The position numbers were made by a program, and so were the translations under genes. Source: an uncultured Planctomycetota bacterium (GTDB taxonomy: Bacteria; Planctomycetota; Phycisphaerae; Tepidisphaerales; Tepidisphaeraceae). From it: a stretch of 64,000 nucleotides of DNA. The notes beneath the pieces were generated by a model, which was not told the DNA's origin, made no database searches, and worked only from the letters and a program-made list of their open reading frames with translations. The number at the start of each line of letters is the position of its first letter. Within the stretch, counting starts at the first letter, position 1. Location: NCBI GenBank assembly GCA_963841915.1, contig CAWJEN010000003.1, positions 192,001 through 256,000 on the forward strand, in the 5' to 3' direction. Of this stretch, positions 18,369 to 28,843 are shown one piece after another.

Positions 18369-19703
18369 ATGAGCGAGCCGAGTCTTACCGCATCGCCCGC
18401 CGATCAGTTGCGCCGCCTCATCCGCGAGCGGAAGGCCGTGGTCGGCGTTATCGGACTTGGATACGTCGGGCTGCCCCTGCTGGCTGCGTTTCACAAGGCC
18501 GGGTTCAGCGTCATCGGCTTCGAGAAGAACCCGGCGCACCTCGAGATGCTGCGTCGCGGCGAAACCTATCTGACGCACCTGGGCAACTCGCTCGTGAGCG
18601 ACATGATCGGCGACCGGTTCGTTGCGACGGATGACGCATCTCGGATGGGCGAGTGCGACGTGCTGCTCAGTTGTGTCCCAACGCCGCTCGGGCCGCACCT
18701 AGACCCGGATCTGTCGGCCGTCCGCGGGGCCGCCGAGGAGGCGGCAGCAACGCTTCGGCCCGGGCAGTTGCTCGTCCTTGAAAGCTCGACCTACCCGCGG
18801 ACCACGCGGGAGATCATGCTGCCGCCCTGCGAGGCCCGCGGCATGACCCTGGGCCAGGACCTTTTCATGGCTTACTCGCCCGAACGCGAGGATCCGGGCA
18901 GCAAAAACTTCAGTACGACGACAATTCCCAAGCTCGTCGGCGGGCTCGACCCGGTCAGCGGCGAGCTGGCGCGGGACCTTTACGAGGCGGCCATCGATGC
19001 GCAGATCGTGCTCGTCGAGTCGGCCGAGATTGCCGAGGCGGCCAAGCTGCTGGAGAACATCTATCGAGCCGTCAACATCGCGATGGTCAACGAGATGAAG
19101 GTCGTGCTCGACACGATGGGCATCGACATTTGGAAGGTCGTCGAGGCCGCCAAGACCAAGCCCTTCGGCTTTCAGGCGTTCTATCCTGGCCCCGGACTCG
19201 GCGGGCACTGCATTCCGATCGACCCGTACTACCTGACGTGGAAGGCCCGGGAGTACGGCCGCACGACGAGGTTCATCGAGCTGGCCGGCGAGGTGAACCG
19301 CGCGATGCCCGAGTACGTCGTCGACCGGACCCAGGACGCCCTCAACACCGCCGGCAAAGCCGTGCACGGCAGCCGGATTCTGGTGCTGGGGCTGGCGTAC
19401 AAGCCCGACGTCGACGACGTTCGGGAGTCACCAAGTTTCGAGCTGATCCAACGCCTTGAGAAGCTCGGCGGCTTGGTCGACTACCACGATCCGCACGTCG
19501 CCCACACGCCGTCCATGCGGCACTACGACGTCGACAAGGCGAGCGTTGATTTCACCGGTGACGCTGTGGCGGCTTATGACTGCGTCGTCGTCGCGACCAA
19601 CCACGCCGCGATCGACTGGCAGATCGTCGCCGACCGGTCGAAGCTGATCGTCGACACGCGGAACGCACTCGACGGCTTCGGCGGCAACGTCGTCAAGGCT
19701 TGA
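18369..19703 (+). CDS. Nucleotide-sugar 6-dehydrogenase (WbpA/WecC-like)
   Basis: GLGYVGLP, CVPTP, ESSTYP, YSPEREDPG, GGHCIPIDPYYL and YKPDVDDVRESP motifs. Confidence 0.92.
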   Translation: MSEPSLTASPADQLRRLIRERKAVVGVIGLGYVGLPLLAAFHKAGFSVIGFEKNPAHLEMLRRGETYLTHLGNSLVSDMIGDRFVATDDASRMGECDVLLSCVPTPLGPHLDPDLSAVRGAAEEAAATLRPGQLLVLESSTYPRTTREIMLPPCEARGMTLGQDLFMAYSPEREDPGSKNFSTTTIPKLVGGLDPVSGELARDLYEAAIDAQIVLVESAEIAEAAKLLENIYRAVNIAMVNEMKVVLDTMGIDIWKVVEAAKTKPFGFQAFYPGPGLGGHCIPIDPYYLTWKAREYGRTTRFIELAGEVNRAMPEYVVDRTQDALNTAGKAVHGSRILVLGLAYKPDVDDVRESPSFELIQRLEKLGGLVDYHDPHVAHTPSMRHYDVDKASVDFTGDAVAAYDCVVVATNHAAIDWQIVADRSKLIVDTRNALDGFGGNVVKA

Positions 19704-19766
19704 GCGGAGCGACCTTGCTAACGCACATCGGGTGATGGAGCAACAAGGTGCACGCTGCTCGATCGC

Positions 19767-20543
19767 TCATCTGCACACAAGGCCCCGCGGCCGCGTCGCC
19801 AGCGCACCGGCCGTGTACGCCAGGTCATGAAACAACTCAATCGCCTCCAATTGAAGCGGGCCGATGTCGAAGCGAAGGTGCTCGGTGTAGTACCGCAACG
19901 CCACCTCTGCAGGCCAGCCACGCGGAACGGCATGCTCGGTGACAATTTGCGGCAACCGATGCATCCCACGTTCCCTAGCCGACGCGAGTTGCTCAGGCAG
20001 GTCGCCTAGGTCCACGCCCACTCGTGCGACCCACACCGCAAATACGAACGGCAGCCCCGTGAGCTGCTTCCACGCACCGCCGAGGTCGAGCTGGTGGTCG
20101 AATTGTTTCGGCTCGTCCAGCACGACCTTGTCGCCGATGAGCAGCCGCGGCGTATCGGCGGCGGCGTCACGCAGGTCGATGTAGCGCGGGAGAAACCCAT
20201 ACTGCTTCTGAAAGATGATCCTTGATAATGCCACGCTCGTGTGGCTGTCGGGGTCGACGGCGAGCGTCGTCACCTCCGCCAACGGCACGCGGCTGAACAG
20301 ACGCACGGTCAGCGTCGGCCCGTCGCAGCCGATCCCGCCGACGGGCAGGACGACAAGGTTGGGTTCTCGCTGCAGATCTATGGTCGGCAGCAGGGCGATG
20401 TCGGCAGATCCATCACGAAGTCGCCCGACCAGGTCGCTCGGCACCTCGAAGCTCAGGTCGCAATGCTGATGCAGCCCTTCGACGAGCGGCCTCGCGTTGA
20501 TGTAGCCGACGCTGGCGACGCGAAGTTGCTTGCAGCTGGCCAC
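19767..20543 (-). CDS. mqnA: Chorismate dehydratase (futalosine menaquinone pathway)
   Basis: VGYINARPL, DSHTSVAL, LLIGD and DLGGAWKQLTGLPFVFAVW motifs. Confidence 0.88.
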   Translation of the reverse strand: MASCKQLRVASVGYINARPLVEGLHQHCDLSFEVPSDLVGRLRDGSADIALLPTIDLQREPNLVVLPVGGIGCDGPTLTVRLFSRVPLAEVTTLAVDPDSHTSVALSRIIFQKQYGFLPRYIDLRDAAADTPRLLIGDKVVLDEPKQFDHQLDLGGAWKQLTGLPFVFAVWVARVGVDLGDLPEQLASARERGMHRLPQIVTEHAVPRGWPAEVALRYYTEHLRFDIGPLQLEAIELFHDLAYTAGALATRPRGLVCR

Positions 20544-20650
20544 AACTCAACCTAGCGGCGGCCCGGACGCGCAGCTTCAAATTGCCGCCACATGCAGACT
20601 CCTTTTCCTAAAGCCTCACCCGCGGCATCCGTCTTGCCGTACCGTGTGGC

Positions 20651-21334
20651 ATGACGGCGACAGCGGTAGCCGAACCAGAACAAGATGAAACCGACGCGTC
20701 ACCGGCGACGGTGGTCGTGGAGGGCAATGTGGACGAGCCGCCCCGCGCGACGTGGGTCGACCGGGCCGAGGCGTTTCTGAGCCGTTTGAGCACGCGGGAC
20801 AACTTCTGGCACCGCATCTTCAGCCTGCTGTTCCTGCCGCTGGCCTTCTGGAGCGGCATCCGGATGCGAAAGACAGGCGCATCTGTGTCGGAAGACGGCA
20901 CGAACAGCTTCGTCGCGGTGCTGCCGTTCAAGAAGTTCAACAAGAACTGGTACAATGCAATGGCTGGCGCGAGCCTGCTGGCCAACACTGAGATCGCGGC
21001 CGGGATGTACGTCTTTGGCGAATGCGGCGGCGACTACACCGTTGTCTGCAAGAACCTCAACTACACGTTTCTGCGTCCGTGCCTGGGGCCGGCTGTGTAC
21101 CGCATGACGCCGTCTGATGATCTCAAGCGAATGGTCGATGCCGGCGGCGAGTTCAACGTTGCACTCGAAGTTGACATTCGGCAGCTCAGCGTCTCGGCCG
21201 GTGAACGCGAAAAACGTGTCGGTAAGGCGGAGATCACGTTCCACGTCATGCCCAAGCGGCAGGCTAAGGAGCGGAAGCAGAAGATGAAGGATCGCGACAA
21301 GCGGAACAAACTGCTCGCGAAGCAAACGTCCTGA
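20651..21334 (+). CDS. Hot-dog-fold thioesterase-like protein (DUF4442/PaaI-like)
   Basis: NKNWYNAMAGASL...VVCKNLNYTFLRP pattern. Confidence 0.6.
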   Translation: MTATAVAEPEQDETDASPATVVVEGNVDEPPRATWVDRAEAFLSRLSTRDNFWHRIFSLLFLPLAFWSGIRMRKTGASVSEDGTNSFVAVLPFKKFNKNWYNAMAGASLLANTEIAAGMYVFGECGGDYTVVCKNLNYTFLRPCLGPAVYRMTPSDDLKRMVDAGGEFNVALEVDIRQLSVSAGEREKRVGKAEITFHVMPKRQAKERKQKMKDRDKRNKLLAKQTS

Positions 21335-21388
21335 TGCGGGCGAAGCTCGCTTGGACGACCCGTTGCCGCCGAGCCCTATCGTCGCGAC

Positions 21389-22815
21389 GTGTATGACGTT
21401 TTGACGCTCGACCCGGTGCCGACACTGCAAGCGCGTCTGCGGGCAGAGCTTGCTTTCGCATTTGGTGCGGGTAAGCCGACGCGGTTCGCCCGCGCGCCGG
21501 ACGACTCGACGTCATGGGCGGGATCGCCGACTACACCGGCAGCACCGTGCTGGAGATGCCGCTGGCCGAGGCGGCGGCCGTTGGACTACAACGGCGGGAC
21601 GACAAGCAGGTCCAGGCCTTCAGCTTCAACCTGCTCGACGACCACAAGCCGTTTCAGTTCCAGATTCCGCTCCAATCGCTTGCCTCGCCGCTTGCGGACC
21701 TCCGCAAAGAGCTTGCCGCACCAGGCCGCGACTGGGCCGGTTATGTCGTCGGCTGCCTGGCGGTTCTGCACGATGACGGCTTTGTCGACGTGAACGCACT
21801 GCCGCACGGCTTCAACATCGCCGTCTACAGCACCGTTCCCAGTGGCGGCGGTGTCAGCAGCTCGGCCGCCGTCGAAGTGGCCGTCATGAACGCACTCGTC
21901 GACGAACTCGGCATCACGGTGCTTCGCGACGAGCCGGTCCGACTGGCCGCCCTGTGCCAGAGGGCAGAGAACGAGGTCGTCGGCGCACCGTGCGGCGTCA
22001 TGGATCAGGTCGCCAGTCATTGCGGCGAAGCGGGCAAGCTGCTTCGCATGCGGTGTCAACCGCACGACGTGCTCGACCCGCTCGAGCTGCCGCCGGGCGT
22101 GAAAGTGGTCGGCATCAACACCAACGTCAAGCACAGCGTCGGCGGCGGGGCGTACGGCCGCACCCGCGCTGCAGCGTTCATCGGCCACATGCTCGTCGTC
22201 GACCACATGCACGACCTCGCCACCGAGGCTCGAAAAACCATGACGGCCGACCCAACGCAGGGCTACCTCGCCAACCTCGAGCCCGATGATTACAAGCGGT
22301 ACTTTCGCCCGATCCTGCCCGAGGCCATGACCGGCCGGACGTTCTTGGAGCAGCACGACACGCACGGCGACCCGGTGACGACGCTCGACCCCGACGTCGC
22401 CTATCGCGTGCAGGCTGCGTGCGATCATCACGTGCTCGAGGCCCAGCGCGTCCGCCGGTTTATCGACTTCATCGAGCGGATGGACGAGCACGGCCGCGAG
22501 AAGGCGCTGCGATCGTGCGGCCACCTCATGTACGCCAGCCACAAGAGCTACACCGACAACGCCGGCCTCGGTGCGACCGAGTGCGACGTGGTCGTGGAGC
22601 TGGTCAAAGCCAACGAGTCGGCCGGCCTGTACGGGGCGAAGATAACCGGTGGCGGCTCGGGCGGCACGGTGGCCGTGCTGCTCGACGACACGACCAAGGC
22701 GCGGGCCGGACTCGACATCGTGCTCGTCGATTACGCCACGAGAACCTTGCTGACGCCGCAGTTGCTCGATGGCTCGTCTCCCGGTGCCGCGGCGGTCGGC
22801 TCGAGTACCGTGTGA
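21389..22815 (+). CDS. GHMP sugar kinase (galactokinase/L-arabinokinase-like), single-base frameshift near 21499
   Basis: RAP(G)RLDVMGGIADYTG is restored by adding one G. GGGVSSSAA, GAPCGVMDQ and GAKITGGGSGG motifs. Confidence 0.85.
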
Positions 22816-22870
22816 TAAGCGCGTACTTGCCGCACGTGTTGCGGTTCGCCAACGTACAACAGCCGCAGGC

Positions 22871-24076
22871 ATGGAGGCCTCGACCCGCACATCTTCGCTT
22901 CAGCTTCGTCTTGCTGCCGCCTGGCAGCAACTGGCGCTGGCGTCGAACTGGCCGCTCCTGCTTGCGGTCGGCATCTTGTGCGGGGTCGGCCTGCTCACGA
23001 TCGGCAGCGTCGAGCCCGACGTCGCACGCACGCAGGCCGTCTATCTGGCCATTGGCGTCGTGGCGATGATCCTGTTCCAGGCCGTCAACTACGCCCAACT
23101 TGGCAGGATCGCGCTGCCGTTCTACCTCGTCAGCCTCGCCCTCGTCGGCGTAACGGTGGCAGGCTCCATGGTCCCGATTCCATTTGCTCCACGCATCAAC
23201 GGAGCGTGCAACTGGATCCGCATCGGCCCTGCCAGCATCCAACCGGCCGAGCTGATGAAGATCAGCTACATCATGCTGCTCGCACGGTTCCTCCGCTACC
23301 GCACCAATCAGCGGACGGTGCGTGGCCTGCTCTGGCCTATCGGGCTGGCGGCGGTGCCGATGGCGTTGATTCTGAAGCAGCCGGACCTCGGCACGTGCCT
23401 CGTGTTCGTGCCGACGACATTGGCGATGCTGTTCGTGGCCGGTGCCAAGCTCAAGCACTTCTTTGCCGCTGTTGGCGTCGGCTTCGTGCTCCTGCCGATC
23501 CTGTGGCTCAGCGGCCAATCGCACGTGCCCGTCCTGAAGTACGGGCCCGACCTCGTCAAGACGTATCAGCGCGATCGCGTCGTCGCCATGTTCAAGACCG
23601 ACGAGTCGACGCTGCAGGGTACCGGCTACCAGCAGTTCTACGGCCTGGCCGCCATGGGCTCCGGCGGGCTCGGCGGCAAAGGGCCCGGTATCACGCCCGT
23701 CGGCGAGAAGGTGCCTGAAAGTCAGAACGACATGGTCTTCGTCGTCGTCGGTGAGCAGTTCGGCTTCATCGGTAGCTTCGTCGTCATCGCCGCGTACATC
23801 GTGCTATTCGTCGCGGCCATCGAGGTGGCGACGCACACGAAGGAACCATTCGGTCGCCTCGTCGCCGTCGGCGTCACCGCTGCGTTGGCCGGTCAAACAT
23901 TCGTGAATCTGGCGGTCGCGACCAAACTCATGCCGGTGACAGGCGTCACGCTTCCGTTCATCTCCAGCGGCGGCAGCAGCCTCATCGCCAGCTTCATGGC
24001 CATCGGCATCCTGTTCAACATCGGCCAGCACCGCCCACTGCTCCTGGCCCGCGAGGCCTTCAGCTTCGACCGGTGA
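22871..24076 (+). CDS. rodA: SEDS-family peptidoglycan glycosyltransferase (RodA/FtsW)
   Basis: INGACNWI, IQPAELMK, KQPDLGT, PESQNDMVF and PVTGVTLPFISSGGSS motifs. Confidence 0.85.
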   Translation: MEASTRTSSLQLRLAAAWQQLALASNWPLLLAVGILCGVGLLTIGSVEPDVARTQAVYLAIGVVAMILFQAVNYAQLGRIALPFYLVSLALVGVTVAGSMVPIPFAPRINGACNWIRIGPASIQPAELMKISYIMLLARFLRYRTNQRTVRGLLWPIGLAAVPMALILKQPDLGTCLVFVPTTLAMLFVAGAKLKHFFAAVGVGFVLLPILWLSGQSHVPVLKYGPDLVKTYQRDRVVAMFKTDESTLQGTGYQQFYGLAAMGSGGLGGKGPGITPVGEKVPESQNDMVFVVVGEQFGFIGSFVVIAAYIVLFVAAIEVATHTKEPFGRLVAVGVTAALAGQTFVNLAVATKLMPVTGVTLPFISSGGSSLIASFMAIGILFNIGQHRPLLLAREAFSFDR

Positions 24077-24257
24077 AACGGGTCAAGCCGTTCAATCGCT
24101 CATGCAAGTTGCAGTTCAGCGGGTTCAAAGGGACTCGGCGAGTCGGCATCGATCTTCTTGCTGCTGTGACCTCCGACGCTTGCACCGTCGGTTGCTAAAG
24201 GTTGTCTGAGGAGTCCTGCTGCCGACGGTGGGGTCGGACGTTTGCCTACCTTCTGAG

Positions 24258-24764
24258 GTGCGACGCCTACTGGTCTTAATCGTACTGACAAGTCTGATCG
24301 GCTGTGCGTCGCCGGCGGCGCGGCGGGATGCGACGTTCGGGCCGGTCGGGGTCCGGATCAGCCCGACGTTCAGCCGTGTTGCCGACGGCAGGCTTGAAGC
24401 AGACGTCGAACTTCGCGACGCGTACGGCGACAGCGTCAAGGGCGGAGGCGTGGTGACGCTGCGGCTCTTCAGCTACGACCCGAAGGCACCGCTCGTGCAG
24501 GGTCGCGAGATCGGAACAAGCGCCGAATACGACCTGGGGACCGTCGCGGCACAGCGGCGGCATTGGCAGTCGGTGAGTCAGACCTATCTCTTCGACCTTC
24601 GTCGCGACGGCGTGCAGGATGATCGGCCTTACCTGCTCGTCGCCTCCTACGAAGAGCCGGCCGACCGAGTCCTTGCGACGACGCAGCCGGCGGGGGAGCA
24701 GGCGCAGGCATTTCGCGTGTTCGACCGGGCCGTCCTGCGGCCACGGCCTGGAGCCGGTGGTTGA
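24258..24764 (+). CDS. Hypothetical lipoprotein
   Basis: VRRLLVLIVLTSLIG-C lipobox. TACCTT lies 5 nt upstream of the GTG. Confidence 0.7.
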   Translation: MRRLLVLIVLTSLIGCASPAARRDATFGPVGVRISPTFSRVADGRLEADVELRDAYGDSVKGGGVVTLRLFSYDPKAPLVQGREIGTSAEYDLGTVAAQRRHWQSVSQTYLFDLRRDGVQDDRPYLLVASYEEPADRVLATTQPAGEQAQAFRVFDRAVLRPRPGAGG

Positions 24765-24807
24765 ACGAGTTCCGCATCGGCGGCAAGGTCGCTACGCTGG
24801 CGACGAC

Positions 24808-25638
24808 ATGTTCGGTTCCATCGCCAACTTCTTTCGCAAAATAGGGTACCTGCTCACCGGCAAGGTCGACGACGCCAGTCGCGGCATGGCCGAAAATCCG
24901 CAGGTGATTCGCGCCACCTTTGAACGCGTCATTCGCGAGAAAAAGCAGCGTCTAGATCAGTACAAGAACGCGGTCGCCCGCATGATCGCCCAGGAAGAGG
25001 GCAAGCTGGCTCGCCTGAAGGATCTGACGAAGGAGATCGAACGGCTCGAACAGCTTAAGCAAGGCGCTGCCGCCAAGGCCAAGCAGGTCGTTACCTGGCT
25101 GCAGGGCGAAGGCAAGAGCATGGACGAGATCAAGGCCAACGCCGACTACCAGAAGTGCCTGGCAGCGTTCAACGACTTCGACAGCTCGCTGAAGGAAAAG
25201 GAAGGGCACGTCATCGAGCTCGAGAGCGATGTCAAGGACATTCAGTCCACCGTCAGCCACCACAAGGTGCAGCTCCAGACATTGCTCCGCGAGATCGATC
25301 AGATCAAGGGTGAGAGCGAAGCCACGGTGGCCGACGTCATTACGGCTACGGAGGAGAAACAGATCAACGACATGCTGGCGGGCGTAAGCACTGACCGCAC
25401 GGGTCGCGAGCTCGAAGAGTTGCGTGGCCTTCGCCAGCAGGCCAAGGCCTCTGCACGGGTCAGCCGCGAGATGGCCGGGACCGACACGAAGGTGCAGGAA
25501 GAAGAATTCCTCGACTACGCCAGCAAGTCGGCGGCATCGACCGAATTCGACAAGCTCATCGGCCTGGCCGAGTCGGCAGACGCGACCAATACGCCACCCG
25601 AGCGTGAGAGTGAGCCGGTTCGCCTGCCCGAGTCGTAA
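24808..25638 (+). CDS. PspA/IM30-like coiled-coil protein
   Basis: Amphipathic N-terminal helix, ENPQVIR motif, long coiled coils. Confidence 0.65.
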   Translation: MFGSIANFFRKIGYLLTGKVDDASRGMAENPQVIRATFERVIREKKQRLDQYKNAVARMIAQEEGKLARLKDLTKEIERLEQLKQGAAAKAKQVVTWLQGEGKSMDEIKANADYQKCLAAFNDFDSSLKEKEGHVIELESDVKDIQSTVSHHKVQLQTLLREIDQIKGESEATVADVITATEEKQINDMLAGVSTDRTGRELEELRGLRQQAKASARVSREMAGTDTKVQEEEFLDYASKSAASTEFDKLIGLAESADATNTPPERESEPVRLPES

Positions 25639-25736
25639 GGTTTGGCCAGCGGGCGCGACAACGCCGTGTCCGAGCTGCGTCCACGCGGCCGGTGCACGCG
25701 TATAACGTCATACTCCCGCCAATCCCTCTGATCTCG

Positions 25737-26708
25737 ATGACACGAATGCTGCTTCCCTCTTCCCGCCGACGCGCTTTTACGCTTGTTGAGCTTCTCGTCG
25801 TCATCGGCATCATCGCGTTGCTGATCGGCATCCTGCTGCCGACGCTGAACCGAGCCCGCTCGTCGGCCAAGGTCGTCGCGTGCCTCAGCAACGTGCGGCA
25901 GCTCGGCACCGGCATCGCTGGCTATGTCGCAGAAGAGCAGGGCTCGCTGCCGGAGGCCGTTTACAACAACAAGACAGGCCTCTTGAGCCCGGTGGGCGTG
26001 AGCACAGCTCGTGGCATGGACATGCCGACGTGGTTCGAATTTCCCAACAGCGGCTTCTCGTTCGGCAGCTTTGGGAATCCCGCGGCAGCGCCGACGGTCT
26101 ACATCCTGCCGACCATCGGCGAGGCGCTCATCCCGTTCAACGACGAGTCTGGTGAGGGTGTCTGGCAGTGCCCCAACGGAGGCGCGGACTACAACGCCAA
26201 GGACCCATTTGAAGTCGACGGTGACAATCCGCTGACTGGAACAACGGCGCCGAACGTCTGGCTGCCGAATTACTATTACCAGGCAAACAAGCTGTACCTG
26301 CCGTTCAGCAATCCGAGCGTCGCGACCACGCGCGTGAAGTCGCCTGATGGAGTTGCAGCACCATTCAATGCGGCCGACTGGACCGTCCGCAACGTCAGCG
26401 GCCTCAAGGCCGCCGCCGCCCGTCCGCTTGAAGGTGGCGGGAGCGACGTCGTCGTCTTCGGCGAGTACAAAAGCACGTTCCACACCAGCAGCGACAAAGA
26501 CGTCTACCAGCTGCAAGAAGACGAAGAGACCGAGTATCTCGGCAACTACGCGTATCTTGACGGCCACGGCGAAACGCAGCGGTACGAAGACCGCGACGGC
26601 TACATGGCCCAGTTGCACAACCCGATTCCGCAGAAGTGGTTCGGCGTCAACTTCCAGGAGCAATTCCCCGAGCAGTACGACGTCGCCAACTGGTACTTCA
26701 ACCAGTAA
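25737..26708 (+). CDS. Prepilin N-methylation / DUF1559-type planctomycete protein
   Basis: AFTLVELLVVIGIIALLIGILLPTL...CLSNVRQLG and C-terminal NYAYLDGH. Confidence 0.9.
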   Translation: MTRMLLPSSRRRAFTLVELLVVIGIIALLIGILLPTLNRARSSAKVVACLSNVRQLGTGIAGYVAEEQGSLPEAVYNNKTGLLSPVGVSTARGMDMPTWFEFPNSGFSFGSFGNPAAAPTVYILPTIGEALIPFNDESGEGVWQCPNGGADYNAKDPFEVDGDNPLTGTTAPNVWLPNYYYQANKLYLPFSNPSVATTRVKSPDGVAAPFNAADWTVRNVSGLKAAAARPLEGGGSDVVVFGEYKSTFHTSSDKDVYQLQEDEETEYLGNYAYLDGHGETQRYEDRDGYMAQLHNPIPQKWFGVNFQEQFPEQYDVANWYFNQ

Positions 26709-26732
26709 GCCTGGCGTGCCGGCTCGGCCTGA

Positions 26733-27725
26733 TCAATCCGGCCGACCGGCTAGCCGCTCCAGAATGACATCCTTTGCCTCGGGCTTCGGCACCGTCAGGT
26801 AAAGGTACTTCGAGTCGCCCTCGACAGGCGTTGCAATGAGGTAAGGCTTCTTCGAGTCGAGCGGAGCCTGCTTCTGTGCAGCCTGCTCGTCCGTCGCCTC
26901 AATGATCTCCAGCGTGACCGGGATCGACTCGATCAGCTCCGGGTGCGTCAACCAAAGGTCGGCCAGCGTGTCAAAGGGGTTGAAGCCGGGCGTCTGCAAC
27001 CCGACGAGCCACTGTGTCAGCCAGGGTTTGCTCGTTTCAGCGATCCACTTACCGACGGCCGACGATTCGGCCAGGCTCTCCAGGTCGGCCGGTGTCAGCC
27101 AGACGTGGCTGCTGACTTCGTAGCCGGCAAAGACGATCGGCACGCCACTGTCGAGCAGGATTTGCGTTCCCTCGACGTCCTTCTCGAAGTTGGCATCCGG
27201 GAAGAAGAATTGCGGTGCTTCCTCAGGCCCGAAGCGGAAACCCTCACGCCGCGCGGCGACGATGACAAGGCTTTGCATCCGCTCGCCCAGCTCAGGATGA
27301 AGCTTGAGCACAGTCGCGACGTTCGTCACCGGCCCAAGGGCCAGCACGTGCATCGGCCGCTCTTTGAGTGCTGCGGCGAGAGCCTTCGTCGCCTCGTTCT
27401 CAACGCCAAGATCGTCCACGGACGCAGCCCCTTCGTAGACGCCGAGCCCGTCGGGGCCGAAGTCGTCGACGACCTGATGGGCGATGGGCATCGCCTGCTC
27501 GAGAGTCGCATTGCCAAATTGCACGCTGACGCCGTGAATCGTCAGCTCGGGCGAGTTGAACGCATAGATCATCGCCAGGCCGTCATCGACGTCGGCGTTG
27601 CGGCCGTTCTTGATCACGCCGGTCGAAGTGTCGACATCGAGCCACACGTCGATCGGCTTGTCGGCAGCACCGGCGACGCTGAAGGCGGCGAGCAGAAACA
27701 AAAGGGCGAGGCGTAAATTGACCAT
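26733..27725 (-). CDS. IU-family nucleoside hydrolase with signal peptide
   Basis: DVDT...DVDDGLA, LGPVTNVA, DANF and NPFD motifs. Cleavable-looking N-terminal signal. Confidence 0.85.
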   Translation of the reverse strand: MVNLRLALLFLLAAFSVAGAADKPIDVWLDVDTSTGVIKNGRNADVDDGLAMIYAFNSPELTIHGVSVQFGNATLEQAMPIAHQVVDDFGPDGLGVYEGAASVDDLGVENEATKALAAALKERPMHVLALGPVTNVATVLKLHPELGERMQSLVIVAARREGFRFGPEEAPQFFFPDANFEKDVEGTQILLDSGVPIVFAGYEVSSHVWLTPADLESLAESSAVGKWIAETSKPWLTQWLVGLQTPGFNPFDTLADLWLTHPELIESIPVTLEIIEATDEQAAQKQAPLDSKKPYLIATPVEGDSKYLYLTVPKPEAKDVILERLAGRPD

Positions 27726-27751
27726 CCGGCACAATAGTCAGCGGACGGGAC

Positions 27752-28807
27752 TCACTGCAGAAACGGCTCGAGCGACCCACCGACTACGGCCTTGCGAGCC
27801 GACAACAGCAGCGCGGCCCGGCGACCCTTCGACTCTACAATCGGCAGCTGCGCCACGCCGATGAGTCGGCGGACGACTTCGCACCCGGCCACCCGCGCGA
27901 GCAGCGAGGCGTCGACATCGGCAACTCCGTAGGCCTCGTGGAACGCGCGCACATCGACCGTCGGCCGCCCCGCGAGCAAGAGATGGCCAGTCATGATGCC
28001 GACGTCGATCGCCCGGTCACCGGCGAAGCAGAACTCAGGATCGATGACGCGAAGCCCTTGCTTCGTCCGGACGAGCGAGCCGGGAAAGAAGTCGCCGTGC
28101 AACAGGACGCTGTCACACGTCGGCTTAGCCAGGTAGGCCTGGCCCGTCGCCTTAACCGCCGCCACGAAGGCTTCGTCTGCCCGCAGCTCTTTAGCGGCTT
28201 GTGCCAAGCCGGGTTCAAGGCCGTTTAGCTCGATCATCCCGTGATCCTGCATCGGAATGTCGTAGATGTGGGCATGGTTGAGCTGCCGCATCTCGCGGTT
28301 GGCGAAGTCGTCGCCTTGCTCACCGAGTGTCAGTTCGTGCAGCTTGCGAAGATACGTCGCCGCTGCCTGAAGCTCTTGAACAGTGATTTTGCCGCCGCTG
28401 TAGACGCTGCTGAGGTCGCTAGCTTCTCCGAGATCTTCAAGGAGAAGTGTGCGAGTCTCTGCATCGTCGCCGAGCAGTGCCGGCATGACATCTGCCACGC
28501 CGCCGTTTCCGCGAACCCGCTCGTAGAACCGCTTCTCGACGACCGCCCGGTCCCACGGAGCGGCGATCATGTCGTACTTCTCGACCCACGGCCGACTCTG
28601 TTTCAAAATCACGCTGCGGCGGTTCGTTGTGACCCGCAGCACGAGATTCATGTTCCCTTCACCGGCGATGTCGAGCTTCGTGATCGACTCGCCGTCTTGC
28701 AGATAGCCGAGCCGATGGCATAGCGCTTCGGCCGCCGATGGATCAGCCTTGTCCAGGAACGCGAAGTCGGCATGTTCGGCAGTGGCGGTTTCTCGAACGG
28801 TCGACAT
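27752..28807 (-). CDS. mtnK: 5-methylthioribose kinase-like phosphotransferase
   Basis: GEGNMNLV, ILKQSRPW, LLHGDFFPGS and VIDPEFCF motifs. Confidence 0.8.
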   Translation of the reverse strand: MSTVRETATAEHADFAFLDKADPSAAEALCHRLGYLQDGESITKLDIAGEGNMNLVLRVTTNRRSVILKQSRPWVEKYDMIAAPWDRAVVEKRFYERVRGNGGVADVMPALLGDDAETRTLLLEDLGEASDLSSVYSGGKITVQELQAAATYLRKLHELTLGEQGDDFANREMRQLNHAHIYDIPMQDHGMIELNGLEPGLAQAAKELRADEAFVAAVKATGQAYLAKPTCDSVLLHGDFFPGSLVRTKQGLRVIDPEFCFAGDRAIDVGIMTGHLLLAGRPTVDVRAFHEAYGVADVDASLLARVAGCEVVRRLIGVAQLPIVESKGRRAALLLSARKAVVGGSLEPFLQ

Positions 28808-28843
28808 GATGAAGTTCTAGGTCGCGTGCGATAAGCTGCCGGC

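Noticed and set aside
24100..24291. Minus-strand 63-aa ORF, or tmRNA/6S RNA
   Set aside because: No tRNA-like ends or long 6S-type rod, and the ORF overlaps the lipoprotein start and has no motifs.
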